Positions 8,928 to 17,815 of a stretch of DNA of 64,000 bases are shown here, one piece after another. The notes under the pieces were generated by a model, which did no database searches, was not told the origin of the DNA, and saw only the letters and a program-made list of their open reading frames with translations. The stretch's first letter is position 1. Every line of letters begins with the position of its first letter. The DNA is from an uncultured virus (IMG/VR IMGVR_UViG_3300035698_004319). Its lineage: Duplodnaviria; Heunggongvirae; Uroviricota; Caudoviricetes. The DNA is taken from the IMG/VR virus record IMGVR_UViG_3300035698_004319; one strand, 5' to 3'. The translations under genes and the position numbers were made by a program.

Positions 8928-9595
8928 TGGTGAGAAAAAAATTAACAGAACACCTTATACAATTCAAAACTATAAGGTTCATAGTATTCATTATAGTATC
9001 ATATTTAATTATATTTGCTATTGGTTCTTTTTATCCAAATCCATATACCAAATTTAAATTAAGAGCTGAATCAGAAAAATTTTATACTACTTGGGCTAAT
9101 AATTTGGGGTTACAAGAACCTAGTTTTGAATATTCAAATGATGAACAGTTTGTGGCGGCTGTCCGTAAGTGTGTTGATTGGGTAAACTTTGAAACTCCTA
9201 GAGCCGAAAGAGTACCAATTGAAATGGTTGTTGCTATGGCAGCTTTAGAGTCAGGTTGGGGAACAAGCAGGTTTTCAGTAGAGGGTAATAATTTATTTGG
9301 CATAAGAACATACGATAAAAAAGTACCACATATGTTATTGGAAGGCCGTAAGATTTGGAAAGGGTGGGGAGTAAGAAAGTTTCCTAGTAAATGCCAAGGT
9401 GTTCAGTTTTACATAAAACTTTTAAATAACCATAACGCCTATGAACAATTTAGAGAAACTAGAAAAAAAATGATATTATGGAACAAACCATTGGATCCTA
9501 TTAAATTAGTTAAAACATTAAAAAATTATTCTACTACAGATGATTATGCTGATAGGGTAATTATTATCATAGAAAAACTTAGAAAAAAATCATAA
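8927..9595 (+). CDS. Membrane-anchored glucosaminidase (GH73, Bax-like)
   Basis: AMAALESGWGTSRF..GNNLFGI, LNNH.AY..FR, YST; N-terminal TM helix. Confidence 0.85.
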   Translation: MVRKKLTEHLIQFKTIRFIVFIIVSYLIIFAIGSFYPNPYTKFKLRAESEKFYTTWANNLGLQEPSFEYSNDEQFVAAVRKCVDWVNFETPRAERVPIEMVVAMAALESGWGTSRFSVEGNNLFGIRTYDKKVPHMLLEGRKIWKGWGVRKFPSKCQGVQFYIKLLNNHNAYEQFRETRKKMILWNKPLDPIKLVKTLKNYSTTDDYADRVIIIIEKLRKKS

Positions 9596-10227
9596 TGCCA
9601 ATTGAAGATAAAGAAAATCATTGGGAAGAAACATATAATAAAAAACTTTTATATATTTCTAAAGATACCGATAATAATTGGCCTTGGGACATATTAAAAC
9701 CCGATAAAAACTTAGAAGAAATATTATATTCGTATAACATCAAACAAGGAAAAGTTTTAGAAATAGGGTGCGGAACAGGAACAGATATTAAATTTTTGTG
9801 TTCAAAGGGATTTGATGTTACAGGAATGGACATATCACCGACCGCTATTGAAATTGCAAAAAGAAAAAATGAAGAATATAAAAATGTAAAATACATAGTA
9901 GGTGACATTAAAAAAGACTTGCCAATTTATGAAAAATATGATATCATCTATGATAGAGGATGTTTACATGGCAATCCTGAACTGTTAAAAGATATTTTTA
10001 GTAAATTTAAACAGATTTTGAATCAAAAAGGTATAATCATAATTATATCTAGTAATTCCAATTCAATTGGTAACAATTATGCAACACCACCAAAACTCAA
10101 TATAAAAGAATTAATAATAAATAGTGATAATTATTTTATAGTTAAATTGATAAAAGAAACGGTATTTGAACTATCCGATGGATATGAAAATGTTTTAGGT
10201 TATACAATAATTTTAGAAAAGAAATAG
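9595..10227 (+). CDS. Class I SAM-dependent methyltransferase
   Basis: VLEIGCGTG, GMDIS..AI, YDIIYDRGCLH. Confidence 0.85.
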   Translation: MPIEDKENHWEETYNKKLLYISKDTDNNWPWDILKPDKNLEEILYSYNIKQGKVLEIGCGTGTDIKFLCSKGFDVTGMDISPTAIEIAKRKNEEYKNVKYIVGDIKKDLPIYEKYDIIYDRGCLHGNPELLKDIFSKFKQILNQKGIIIIISSNSNSIGNNYATPPKLNIKELIINSDNYFIVKLIKETVFELSDGYENVLGYTIILEKK

Positions 10228-10511
10228 ATAAATAGATATATGGATGAAATAAGATTTTTTCTAATGATAGCAGGCGTAATCTGTATAAGTTATTCTTTAG
10301 GATTTAAAAAAGGCAGACAAATTGGGTTTTTAGATATATTAGCCTTTATGAATATATCTATAATAAAATTCTTACCAAAATTACCAAAGAAAAAAAAATA
10401 ATGTTATGATAGAACTAGCAACCGAGTTGATGTGGTACGATTATGTTATATTAGCCACAGCAGCCGGTCTTATGTTTTACTGGAAAACAAATTAACAAAG
10501 AAAAAGAATAA

Positions 10512-11465
10512 ATGTTTTTAACAATACTCACCTTTCTATCTGCCATTAGTATATCAAGTATAGCAGCTGGATATTCTATTATAGGATTGGCAACATTATT
10601 TGCCGGTGCCGTTGTACCTATTATTGCTATGGGTTCTGCTTTAGAAGTAGGTAAACTTGTAGCTGCCAGTTGGTTATATCACAACTGGAGATCAAATGTA
10701 TCAAAATTATTAAAAACATATCTATTCATATCTATTATTATTTTAATCTTTATCACCTCAATGGGTATCTTTGGTTTTTTATCAAAAGCCCACCTAGACC
10801 AAGTAAAACCTACCTCTGGTAATAATATAAAAATTACTGCTATTAACAATCAAATCACAAGACAACAAAATGTCATAGACAGGTCAGAAAAAACATTAAT
10901 TCAATTAGATAAATCTATAGAGGTATTTTTAAACAATGATTTTGCCACAAGAGGTTTAAAAGAACGAAAAAATCAGGAAGAAGAACGAAAAGGATTGAAT
11001 AAGGACATTAAAAATGCTAGTAATGAGATTGCCACACTATCAGACGAAAAGGCAGGCTTACAATTAGCACAAGATAAAATAGAGGCTGAAGTTGGACCTA
11101 TCAAGTATGTTGCTGAATTAATTTATGGTAAAAATGAAGCACAAAGTCACTTTGATGAAGCGGTAAGAATTGTAATATTGATATTGATATTTGTATTTGA
11201 TCCATTAGCTGTGTTACTTTTAATAGCTGCCAACATATCATTAAAACAGTGGAAAATGAAAAAGAACTTAACACAGATTAATAAAGAAGAACAATTGCAA
11301 AATAAATTAAATAGATTAAGTAAACAAAAATCCAAATTAAAAGCAAAAGACCGTGATTATAAAGATTTTGTTGCCAGATTAGGCGCAAAAGACCTAAAAG
11401 ACCTTAATCCAGATGAGATTAAGTTAAAATTAGATCAAATTTACGATTGGAATGAGAAGAAATAA
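10512..11465 (+). CDS. Membrane protein with coiled-coil (3 N-terminal TM + 1 C-terminal TM)
   Basis: Hydrophobic helices flanking a heptad region; VFDPLAV motif. Confidence 0.65.
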   Translation: MFLTILTFLSAISISSIAAGYSIIGLATLFAGAVVPIIAMGSALEVGKLVAASWLYHNWRSNVSKLLKTYLFISIIILIFITSMGIFGFLSKAHLDQVKPTSGNNIKITAINNQITRQQNVIDRSEKTLIQLDKSIEVFLNNDFATRGLKERKNQEEERKGLNKDIKNASNEIATLSDEKAGLQLAQDKIEAEVGPIKYVAELIYGKNEAQSHFDEAVRIVILILIFVFDPLAVLLLIAANISLKQWKMKKNLTQINKEEQLQNKLNRLSKQKSKLKAKDRDYKDFVARLGAKDLKDLNPDEIKLKLDQIYDWNEKK

Positions 11466-11469
11466 CGGC

Positions 11470-11498
11470 TTGACAAGTAGTACAATTAGTGTTATATT
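11470..11498 (+). promoter_or_regulatory. sigma70-type promoter
   Basis: TTGACA-17-TATATT with extended -10 TG. Confidence 0.75.
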
Positions 11499-11686
11499 GG
11501 ATATATTATGATTATAGAAAATGATTTAGAAAGAATTAAAGGTATAGAAGCAAAACGTTTACAAAATGTTAGGCTAACTTATAAAAATGCAGTTACCGAT
11601 TGGGCAAAAAACTATTGGTTTGGTGTTTTTAAAAAACTGTGTGTAATGTACGGTGTTGAGAAAACATATACGAAAGAATTGCATTA

Positions 11687-12250
11687 GTGAATATTTTTTA
11701 CTTAGATAAAAATCCTATTACAGCAGCTAAAATGTCCTGCGACAAACACGTTTGTAAAATGATTATTGAATCGGCACAGATGTTATCTACAGCACATAGA
11801 ATGCTAGACGGAGTTAAGTATAAAGGCAAGACTAAAAATGGTCGTAATATTCAAAGATGGAAAATGTCCAATTCAAATTTAGAAAATACTTTCTACAAAG
11901 CTTGTCACACAGGACACCCTAGTACAGTGTGGGTTATGAAAAATATATTTCACTATACTTGGTTGTATCAACATATGATGGCGTTAAATGAAGAATTTAA
12001 AATTAGATACAATCACACAAAAGACCATATGACTATTACAAAACTAGGTGAAATACTAAAACACCCACCTAAAAATATTGAAGTTAATATGGTAGTTACC
12101 GATCCAACACCTGCTATGCCAGATGAGTGCAAAGTTCCAGGTGACGTTGTTGCAAGTTATAGAAAATATTATATTGAAAAAAAACGAGATTTTGCTAGTT
12201 GGAAAAGTCCAGCAATAATGCCAACTTGGTATGCAGAGGCTATACAATGA
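11687..12250 (+). CDS. Pyrimidine-dimer DNA glycosylase / DenV-family-like protein
   Basis: MNIFYLD..P..AA...CDKHV.KMI.ESAQMLSTAH, HPS..W, YR.YY. Confidence 0.75.
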   Translation: MNIFYLDKNPITAAKMSCDKHVCKMIIESAQMLSTAHRMLDGVKYKGKTKNGRNIQRWKMSNSNLENTFYKACHTGHPSTVWVMKNIFHYTWLYQHMMALNEEFKIRYNHTKDHMTITKLGEILKHPPKNIEVNMVVTDPTPAMPDECKVPGDVVASYRKYYIEKKRDFASWKSPAIMPTWYAEAIQ

Positions 12251-12474
12251 AAACATACATACATATTAACCAACACATAATTAGAAGTAATAAGAAAAAC
12301 AATGAGAATGAACCTGTTATTACAATCAAACAAGGAAAAAAGAATACTTATTGTCACGAGGTTGAAGTATTGGGTCCTTCCACTATTATGTATGGTGGTA
12401 ATGATAAACCTATTTTGCCTTGTGGGGCTAGAGTTGTTGTACATACTGAATCAGATATTAAAATTATAAAATAA
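12247..12474 (+). CDS. Conserved phage hypothetical protein (MKTYIHINQHIIRSN...)
   Basis: ATGA overlap gives start 12247; LPCGARV motif. Confidence 0.65.
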   Translation: MKTYIHINQHIIRSNKKNNENEPVITIKQGKKNTYCHEVEVLGPSTIMYGGNDKPILPCGARVVVHTESDIKIIK

Positions 12475-12485
12475 AGGAGAAAAAA

Positions 12486-12722
12486 GTGGCTAAAAAAAGA
12501 GAGTTCAAGTTTTTCAAAGATGACGCTGAAGAAACACTTATTGAAGTTATAGAAGATAGAAGTTTTAAAAGAGCTTGTAAATCAATACAAACTAAAATTA
12601 AAGATAGAAAAGTTATTATTGAATATGCCACTAAAAAAGGTAAACAAGTAAGGGAGTATGTTATTCTACCAGTAGGAAGATTAAAAAAAATAGGTAAAGA
12701 AATGTATAATAGAACACAATGA
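12486..12722 (+). CDS. Basic hypothetical protein
   Basis: AAGGAG RBS before GTG. Confidence 0.6.
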   Translation: MAKKREFKFFKDDAEETLIEVIEDRSFKRACKSIQTKIKDRKVIIEYATKKGKQVREYVILPVGRLKKIGKEMYNRTQ

Positions 12723-13012
12723 AAAAACTAATAATATTATCTTTATTACTGACCACCTCGTGTGGCAGTCTACCGGGTTTGATATCCACCGGCACCTCAT
12801 CATATGAAACTTATAAAACCATCAGTTATGTTAAAGGTACTGTGGATATTGCATTATCAGCCGATGGTAAAAAAACCACAGACGATAGAATATTATCAAA
12901 GATAACCGGTTATGATTGTAAGGTTAAAAGAATTATTAATGAAGGTTTAGAGTCTATTTGTAAATCACTAGTGCCTGAATTTTTAGATGTAAATTATAAA
13001 GGAGAAAAATAA
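12719..13012 (+). CDS. Lipoprotein
   Basis: MKK-hydrophobic-TTSC lipobox. Confidence 0.65.
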   Translation: MKKLIILSLLLTTSCGSLPGLISTGTSSYETYKTISYVKGTVDIALSADGKKTTDDRILSKITGYDCKVKRIINEGLESICKSLVPEFLDVNYKGEK

Positions 13013-13178
13013 ATGAGTATAAAAAACACACACAAAAATGAAGTAACACCAAGTCCTATATTACTAAAAGAAATTATGACAGAAGAACAAAAAAAGATTT
13101 TAAGAGAAGGCCTTACAAATAGTGAAGTCGTTGAAGATATTGGCGATAGAATGGACCAAGAAATAGAGGAGGTGACAA

Positions 13179-13391
13179 ATGGCTGAATACAATAGAGATA
13201 ATATGATACAAGCAATAAGATCACACGCTGAAGGACATATTAAAAAGCATTCAATGAATGTTGAAATTTATATGAAGAATGCTGTTGGTGTTGGTGAACA
13301 TCCAGATGTTTTGGAAGCAATTGAAAAAGAATTAGAAATAATCGCTAAGTACCACGACCAGCTGGAAGTATTAGATAAATATATTAAATAA
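13179..13391 (+). CDS. Conserved phage hypothetical protein
   Basis: G.I.KH..NVE.Y....VGVGEHPD pattern; GGAGG RBS. Confidence 0.65.
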   Translation: MAEYNRDNMIQAIRSHAEGHIKKHSMNVEIYMKNAVGVGEHPDVLEAIEKELEIIAKYHDQLEVLDKYIK

Positions 13392-13711
13392 TGCCAACTT
13401 ATACATTTGAAAATAAAAAAACAGGTGAAGAACATACTGATATGATGTCATATGATGATATGGTTAAGTTTTTAATAAGAAATAAACACTTCCGTCAGGT
13501 TATAACAGCTATAAATATAGTAGGTGGTGTACAAGGTATATCATACAAACAAGACAGTGGATGGAAAGAGAATTTAAGTAGAATTGCCGAGGCTCACCCC
13601 ACATCACCACTTGGTCAACAATATGGTAAAAGAACAGCTAAAGATATTGCAACCAGCCAAGTCTTAACTAAACACCGTAAAATGCAAGCAGATAAAAAGA
13701 AAAGGAAATAA
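13391..13711 (+). CDS. FmdB-like small regulatory protein (lacks Cys)
   Basis: MPTYTF....TGE N-terminus. Confidence 0.5.
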   Translation: MPTYTFENKKTGEEHTDMMSYDDMVKFLIRNKHFRQVITAINIVGGVQGISYKQDSGWKENLSRIAEAHPTSPLGQQYGKRTAKDIATSQVLTKHRKMQADKKKRK

Positions 13712-13712
13712 T

Positions 13713-14099
13713 ATGGCAGACGACATACCAGATTATATGCGAGGGTTTGACCTTAATGAAGATTTTGGTTTTACTCCTGTAACTTCAAAACCAGAAACAA
13801 CAAGCATTGATCCTAGTTTATTAGAAACTTCAAATTTAGAAATCTCAAAAGTTAAGAGTGATGTTTCTTCTATTAAATCAATGATGAATGAAATAATGCA
13901 GATTGTTTCTGAAAAAGAAACAATTACAAAAGAAGTTGCCAGCACTGAAATAACAGAAAGATTTAAAAATATTGAAAAGGTAATATTACCATTTTTATAT
14001 AATTTAAGTAAATCAGATGAACCTTACATACATTGGCCGAATAGAGGTCCTATTATTAAGGCTCAAATTGAAAGAATACTAAAACTAACAAGAGTATAA
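13713..14099 (+). CDS. Conserved phage hypothetical protein
   Basis: DFGFT...ILPFL.NL.K...YI.WPNR. Confidence 0.65.
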   Translation: MADDIPDYMRGFDLNEDFGFTPVTSKPETTSIDPSLLETSNLEISKVKSDVSSIKSMMNEIMQIVSEKETITKEVASTEITERFKNIEKVILPFLYNLSKSDEPYIHWPNRGPIIKAQIERILKLTRV

Positions 14100-14674
14100 T
14101 GAAATCTATTTTATCAGTTGACTTGGATTGGATATTGGAACATAGACAAGCCATTTCTGTAGTAACTTTGTTAATAGAGAAATTTAAAAGTTGCGATAAA
14201 ATTATTTTTGTAAAAGAACACCATCAAGTTTTAAAACATTTGGATGGTACTGAGGATACAATATACAATGTAGACCATCACCACGATTTAGGTTATGATG
14301 ATTTTCAAAGGTATGATGACATTGAAAAAAATATTGAGTTTAGAGAAGGAGATTGGATACAATTTTTGTTAAAAAGTAAGTCATTGAAAAATTATGTGTG
14401 GATACATAATATAAGTTCACTTTTGGTAGATACAACATTAACTGGTATTAGAGAGTTAGAACAATATAATCACACTATAGATTTGAATGTGTGTGAAAAT
14501 GTTAATTTTTCTAAAGTTGTTATATGTGAAAGTTACGAATATAGTAATACATTATCACCATTTATGTACAATATACTATTAGAAATATGCAAGTCTATTC
14601 ATAAAGAAAAACTTGTAATTGATAATGCAAAAAATATAGCATCCTACGTTGATGCTCGGATTAAGAACTTTTAA
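14099..14674 (+). CDS. UPF0489/arginase-deacetylase-like metal-binding protein
   Basis: LSVDLDW, EHH, NVDHHHD motifs. Confidence 0.5.
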   Translation: MKSILSVDLDWILEHRQAISVVTLLIEKFKSCDKIIFVKEHHQVLKHLDGTEDTIYNVDHHHDLGYDDFQRYDDIEKNIEFREGDWIQFLLKSKSLKNYVWIHNISSLLVDTTLTGIRELEQYNHTIDLNVCENVNFSKVVICESYEYSNTLSPFMYNILLEICKSIHKEKLVIDNAKNIASYVDARIKNF

Positions 14675-14687
14675 AGAAAGGGATAAT

Positions 14688-14858
14688 ATGAATGTGAAAA
14701 AAAAACACAAAGAACTAAAAACCAAAGTTAATGAAATAGAAACGCTTAGAGGCGTGAATAGGTCTATTGATAGTTGGTATGATTTAAAAGAATTAAAAAA
14801 ACTAAAACTAAAAGCAAAGGATAAATTAAATGAATTTAAGCAAAAGCTTCACGCTTAA
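14688..14858 (+). CDS. Small coiled-coil protein (DUF465-like)
   Basis: H.EL...V.E.E...LKKLKLKAKDKL. Confidence 0.5.
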   Translation: MNVKKKHKELKTKVNEIETLRGVNRSIDSWYDLKELKKLKLKAKDKLNEFKQKLHA

Positions 14859-15363
14859 CGAACTCGTAAAGTCGCAAACGGCTGAACGAGAGGGGATTAA
14901 TAACAATCCTAGCCAGACGCAAATGGAATCGTTAACAAACTTATGTTATAATATATTACAGCCCGTAAGAGACCATTTTGGTAAACCTGTAACGGTCTCC
15001 AGTGGGTTTAGATCAGGTGAACTATGCCTAAAAATAGGTTCTAGTTTGAAATCACAACATACCGCTGGCCAGGCGGCCGACTTCGAAATCTTTGGTATTT
15101 CCAACCAAGACGTTGCTCACTGGATTGATAAAAATTTAGATTATGACCAGATGATCCTTGAGTTTTGGAATCCAGAAGATAAAAACAGCGGATGGGTACA
15201 TTGTTCTTACAAAAGTCCTGAAGAAAACCGTAAAGAGTTTTTACGAGCATATAGAGATGATAATGGTAAAGTGTGTTATGAAAAATACTCTTATATCAAA
15301 TATGGTGGTGAAAAAGCAACAAAAGACGAATTAACAGATATGTATGCTGATAAGGGTATATAA
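14830..15363 (+). CDS. Peptidase M15A (D-Ala-D-Ala type), candidate endolysin
   Basis: LS..FTL.EL, SGFRS, SQH..GQAAD, WVH.S. Confidence 0.85.
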   Translation: MNLSKSFTLNELVKSQTAEREGINNNPSQTQMESLTNLCYNILQPVRDHFGKPVTVSSGFRSGELCLKIGSSLKSQHTAGQAADFEIFGISNQDVAHWIDKNLDYDQMILEFWNPEDKNSGWVHCSYKSPEENRKEFLRAYRDDNGKVCYEKYSYIKYGGEKATKDELTDMYADKGI

Positions 15364-15379
15364 TAACAGACATAAAGGC

Positions 15380-15408
15380 TTGACATCTTGTCAAAACTAT
15401 GTTATATT
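15380..15408 (+). promoter_or_regulatory. sigma70-type promoter
   Basis: TTGACA-17-TATATT with extended -10 TG. Confidence 0.75.
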
Positions 15409-15417
15409 GGAGATATT

Positions 15418-16110
15418 ATGAAAAGAGAATTTAAATTTATTGAATTAGACAAGACTGTCTTGCCTGACACAAAAGGCAAAAACATAAACGGAACTAGGTT
15501 TTACGAAATAGATGGCCAAAATTATCCATCTATAACCTCCGTTTTATCTATAAGATCGAAAGAAGGCCTCCAAAAATGGAGAGATTCCATTGGTGAAGAT
15601 GTTGCTAAATGGGAAATGGGAAGAGCTGCTCGTAGAGGTAAATCAGCACACACATTAGTTGAAGAATATATTAAAGGTAAAACTCCAAGCGTAAGAGCTG
15701 TTTTACCATTAGGGTTATTTAAACTATTAAAACCATACGTAGATCAGATTAATAACATACATTGTTTAGAAACAATTATGTACAGTAAGAAATTAAAAAT
15801 TGCTGGTCAAACAGATTGTATCGGTGAATATAATGGAAAATTGTCTGTAATAGACTTTAAAACTGCTAATAAATTTAGAGAAGAGTCTTGGGTAGAGAAC
15901 TACTTTTTACAAACAGCTGCTTATGCTCAAATGTATGAGGATCTGTATGGTACTTCAATCGAACAGTTAGTTATATTGATTGCGAGTGAAGATGGTACTT
16001 CACAAGCATTTATTAAAGAAAAGAAAGAATACGACACAAAATTAGTAGAAGCTATAGATTCTTTTTATAAATATTACCAACAAGAAAACATAGATAAAGT
16101 CAAGCTCTAA
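15418..16110 (+). CDS. PD-(D/E)XK exonuclease
   Basis: YPSITSVL, RG...H...E, AG..DC, IDFKT, Q..AYA; the TTG start in the track overlaps the promoter, so ATG 15418 is preferred. Confidence 0.85.
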   Translation: MKREFKFIELDKTVLPDTKGKNINGTRFYEIDGQNYPSITSVLSIRSKEGLQKWRDSIGEDVAKWEMGRAARRGKSAHTLVEEYIKGKTPSVRAVLPLGLFKLLKPYVDQINNIHCLETIMYSKKLKIAGQTDCIGEYNGKLSVIDFKTANKFREESWVENYFLQTAAYAQMYEDLYGTSIEQLVILIASEDGTSQAFIKEKKEYDTKLVEAIDSFYKYYQQENIDKVKL

Positions 16111-16148
16111 AACTAATTAAATGGCCCACACTCTATCATAAAGGGTCT

Positions 16149-16517
16149 ATGACAAAAAAATTAGGAATATCATTTATAATCGTTACTTGGCTATTTGTAA
16201 TAGCCTGTACAATAAAGGTAATAGCTGAAGAAAAAGAATATGATGTTTATTCCGCACAAGTGCCAATTATGTGTGGAACACCAGATGTAATAGAATCATA
16301 TATAACTGATAATAAATTTGTACCAATAAATGTAAGTGCTGGAAGACAAGGTGCTAAATCAGATGGCAAAATTATGTTTCTAATAACTTATTATATTAAT
16401 GAAGAATCACAAACACTAGCTACTATTGACATATCATCAAATGTAGAGAGATGTATTATTTTTCACACATTTGATTTAATAATGAGTGAAAAATTATTAA
16501 ATGGAAAAGGAATTTAA
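16149..16517 (+). CDS. Exported hypothetical protein
   Basis: N-terminal hydrophobic helix; paired Cys. Confidence 0.55.
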   Translation: MTKKLGISFIIVTWLFVIACTIKVIAEEKEYDVYSAQVPIMCGTPDVIESYITDNKFVPINVSAGRQGAKSDGKIMFLITYYINEESQTLATIDISSNVERCIIFHTFDLIMSEKLLNGKGI

Positions 16518-16751
16518 CGTTGACGACTAGTCAATAACTGGAGAAGACGAGGGGTCAAACCCTCCACCTCCACCACTCTAAACATATTAAGGTATGCTTT
16601 GAGGGGGTGAGCGGATAGATTCACAGGTAAACCTAGTTTGAGTTAAATCGCTGATATCGTACTGTCAAAAACATAAATGCTAACGAAAGTTACGCTTTAG
16701 CGGCCTAAGCCGTTGGGGTTTGATAGTTTTCCTTGCAACAGAAAAACTATC
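16518..16751 (+). ncRNA. ssrA: Permuted (two-piece) tmRNA, alphaproteobacterial type; tag ANESYALAA
   Basis: T-arm GAGGG/CCCTC, then CACCTCC-A-CCA (16565-16575), precede GGGGGTG (16603-16609); the acceptor stem has G3.U70; tag GCT AAC GAA AGT TAC GCT TTA GCG GCC TAA at 16679-16708; 3' hairpin with CTTGCAACAGAA; outer ends approximate. Confidence 0.92.
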
Positions 16752-16805
16752 GTAAATTGCTTAATTATAAGTAATAACAACATAACAAAAAGTAAGAAAA
16801 TAAAT

Positions 16806-17006
16806 ATGAGTCTACAAGGAAAAGTAAAATGGTTCAATTCAACTAAAGGTTTTGGTTTTATTGAAAGAGAAGATAAAGAAAAAGATGTATTCGTTCACGT
16901 GTCAGCAGTAAGAAATTCTGGTATGGATGTTTTGAATGAAGGTCAAGCTTTGACTTTTGAAGTTGAAGATGGTCCAAAAGGTCCTTCAGCGGTAAACTTG
17001 AAATAA
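16806..17006 (+). CDS. cspA: Cold-shock protein
   Basis: GKVKWFN..KGFGFI (RNP1), DVFVH.SA (RNP2); true start ATG 16806. Confidence 0.95.
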   Translation: MSLQGKVKWFNSTKGFGFIEREDKEKDVFVHVSAVRNSGMDVLNEGQALTFEVEDGPKGPSAVNLK

Positions 17007-17022
17007 GTAATAAACGCATATG

Positions 17023-17045
17023 AGGTATGTTCCAAAGGCATACCT
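17023..17045 (+). terminator. Hairpin after cspA
   Basis: AGGTATGT/GCATACCT stem. Confidence 0.5.
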
Positions 17046-17047
17046 TG

Positions 17048-17055
17048 TATAAATA
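17048..17055 (+). promoter_or_regulatory. T4-type late promoter
   Basis: TATAAATA immediately 5' of the riboswitch. Confidence 0.7.
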
Positions 17056-17060
17056 GGTTT

Positions 17061-17106
17061 ACGTTCATCTTATTAAAGACGGAAGTAGCGAAAGCGAAGG
17101 AACGCA
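17061..17106 (+). ncRNA. Glutamine riboswitch aptamer (glnA/Downstream-peptide family)
   Basis: CGTTCA-TCTT/AAGA-CGGAAGTA-GC GAAA GC-GAAGGAACGC: P1 CGTTC/GAACG, P2, and P3 with E-loop. Confidence 0.8.
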
Positions 17107-17130
17107 CCCAACAATTAAAAGGAGGGTGTT

Positions 17131-17328
17131 ATGGAAAATAGACATACTAAAGTATTAACTACGTTTAGTGAAGAACAAAACAAAAAGAAATTAGATAATG
17201 TTTTGTTTAAATCCAGAAAAGAAGTTGAGATCAATGGTAATGGCACTTCGGGGTTTGTTGTAAAACACGGTCCCCATAAGGGCAAGGTACTTGCTCACTT
17301 CACACAAAAATATAATAATAACTCGTAA
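17131..17328 (+). CDS. Small basic protein downstream of the glutamine riboswitch
   Basis: AAGGAGG RBS; 65 aa. Confidence 0.7.
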   Translation: MENRHTKVLTTFSEEQNKKKLDNVLFKSRKEVEINGNGTSGFVVKHGPHKGKVLAHFTQKYNNNS

Positions 17329-17333
17329 AAGGC

Positions 17334-17362
17334 TTGCCTTTTTGGCTATACTATGTTATATT
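17334..17362 (+). promoter_or_regulatory. sigma70-type promoter
   Basis: TTGCCT-17-TATATT with extended -10 TG. Confidence 0.65.
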
Positions 17363-17367
17363 AGTAT

Positions 17368-17604
17368 ATGTCAGAATTTAAAAACGGTATAAAAAAAACA
17401 CTACTATCCCTTATAGAGTATAGTTGGGGTAGAGCTGTAATTTATACCCTTGGTCACATAGTTATTGCTATGACTTGTAATAGGTTAATCACAGGTGCAG
17501 GTTGGGCTCTTGCAGGAGCAGACGCAATTATAGAACCTTGTATTAATGGGGTGTGGTATTACTTTTTAGATAAATTTTACTCAAATAGGATATATAAATC
17601 ATAA
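17368..17604 (+). CDS. DUF2061-like small membrane protein
   Basis: IYT.GH..IA...ITGA...A...EP.IN.VW.Y. Confidence 0.6.
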   Translation: MSEFKNGIKKTLLSLIEYSWGRAVIYTLGHIVIAMTCNRLITGAGWALAGADAIIEPCINGVWYYFLDKFYSNRIYKS

Positions 17605-17813
17605 TGAACTCAAAAGAATTTTACCAAACAATAGAAGGCGTAGTTAGAGAAAAAAAAATAAGTTATATGGATGCCGTAGTGTGGTATTGTAATGAGAATG
17701 ATATTGACACAGCTACCGTAGGACCTTTAGTATCAAAAAATTTAAAAGATAAAATCTCAATAGAGGCACAGACTTTAAACTGGTTGCCAAAAACAGGTAA
17801 ACTGCCTATATAA
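17604..17813 (+). CDS. gp33: Late transcription co-activator
   Basis: F...IE..V.E....YMDAV..YC.EN.ID...LK.KI..EA..LN; synteny with gp59 and gp32. Confidence 0.85.
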   Translation: MNSKEFYQTIEGVVREKKISYMDAVVWYCNENDIDTATVGPLVSKNLKDKISIEAQTLNWLPKTGKLPI

Positions 17814-17815
17814 TT

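Noticed and set aside
15418..16110. Cas4 / CRISPR-associated interpretation of the exonuclease
   Set aside because: Lacks the Fe-S cysteine set and any cas context; ordinary T4-like PD-(D/E)XK exonuclease
16540..16575. Stand-alone tRNA gene ending CCA
   Set aside because: No anticodon arm or upstream 5' strand; the partner strand lies downstream, as in a permuted tmRNA
16713..16805. N-terminal extension of the cold-shock ORF in the track
   Set aside because: Overlaps the tmRNA 3' hairpin; the CSD begins at ATG 16806
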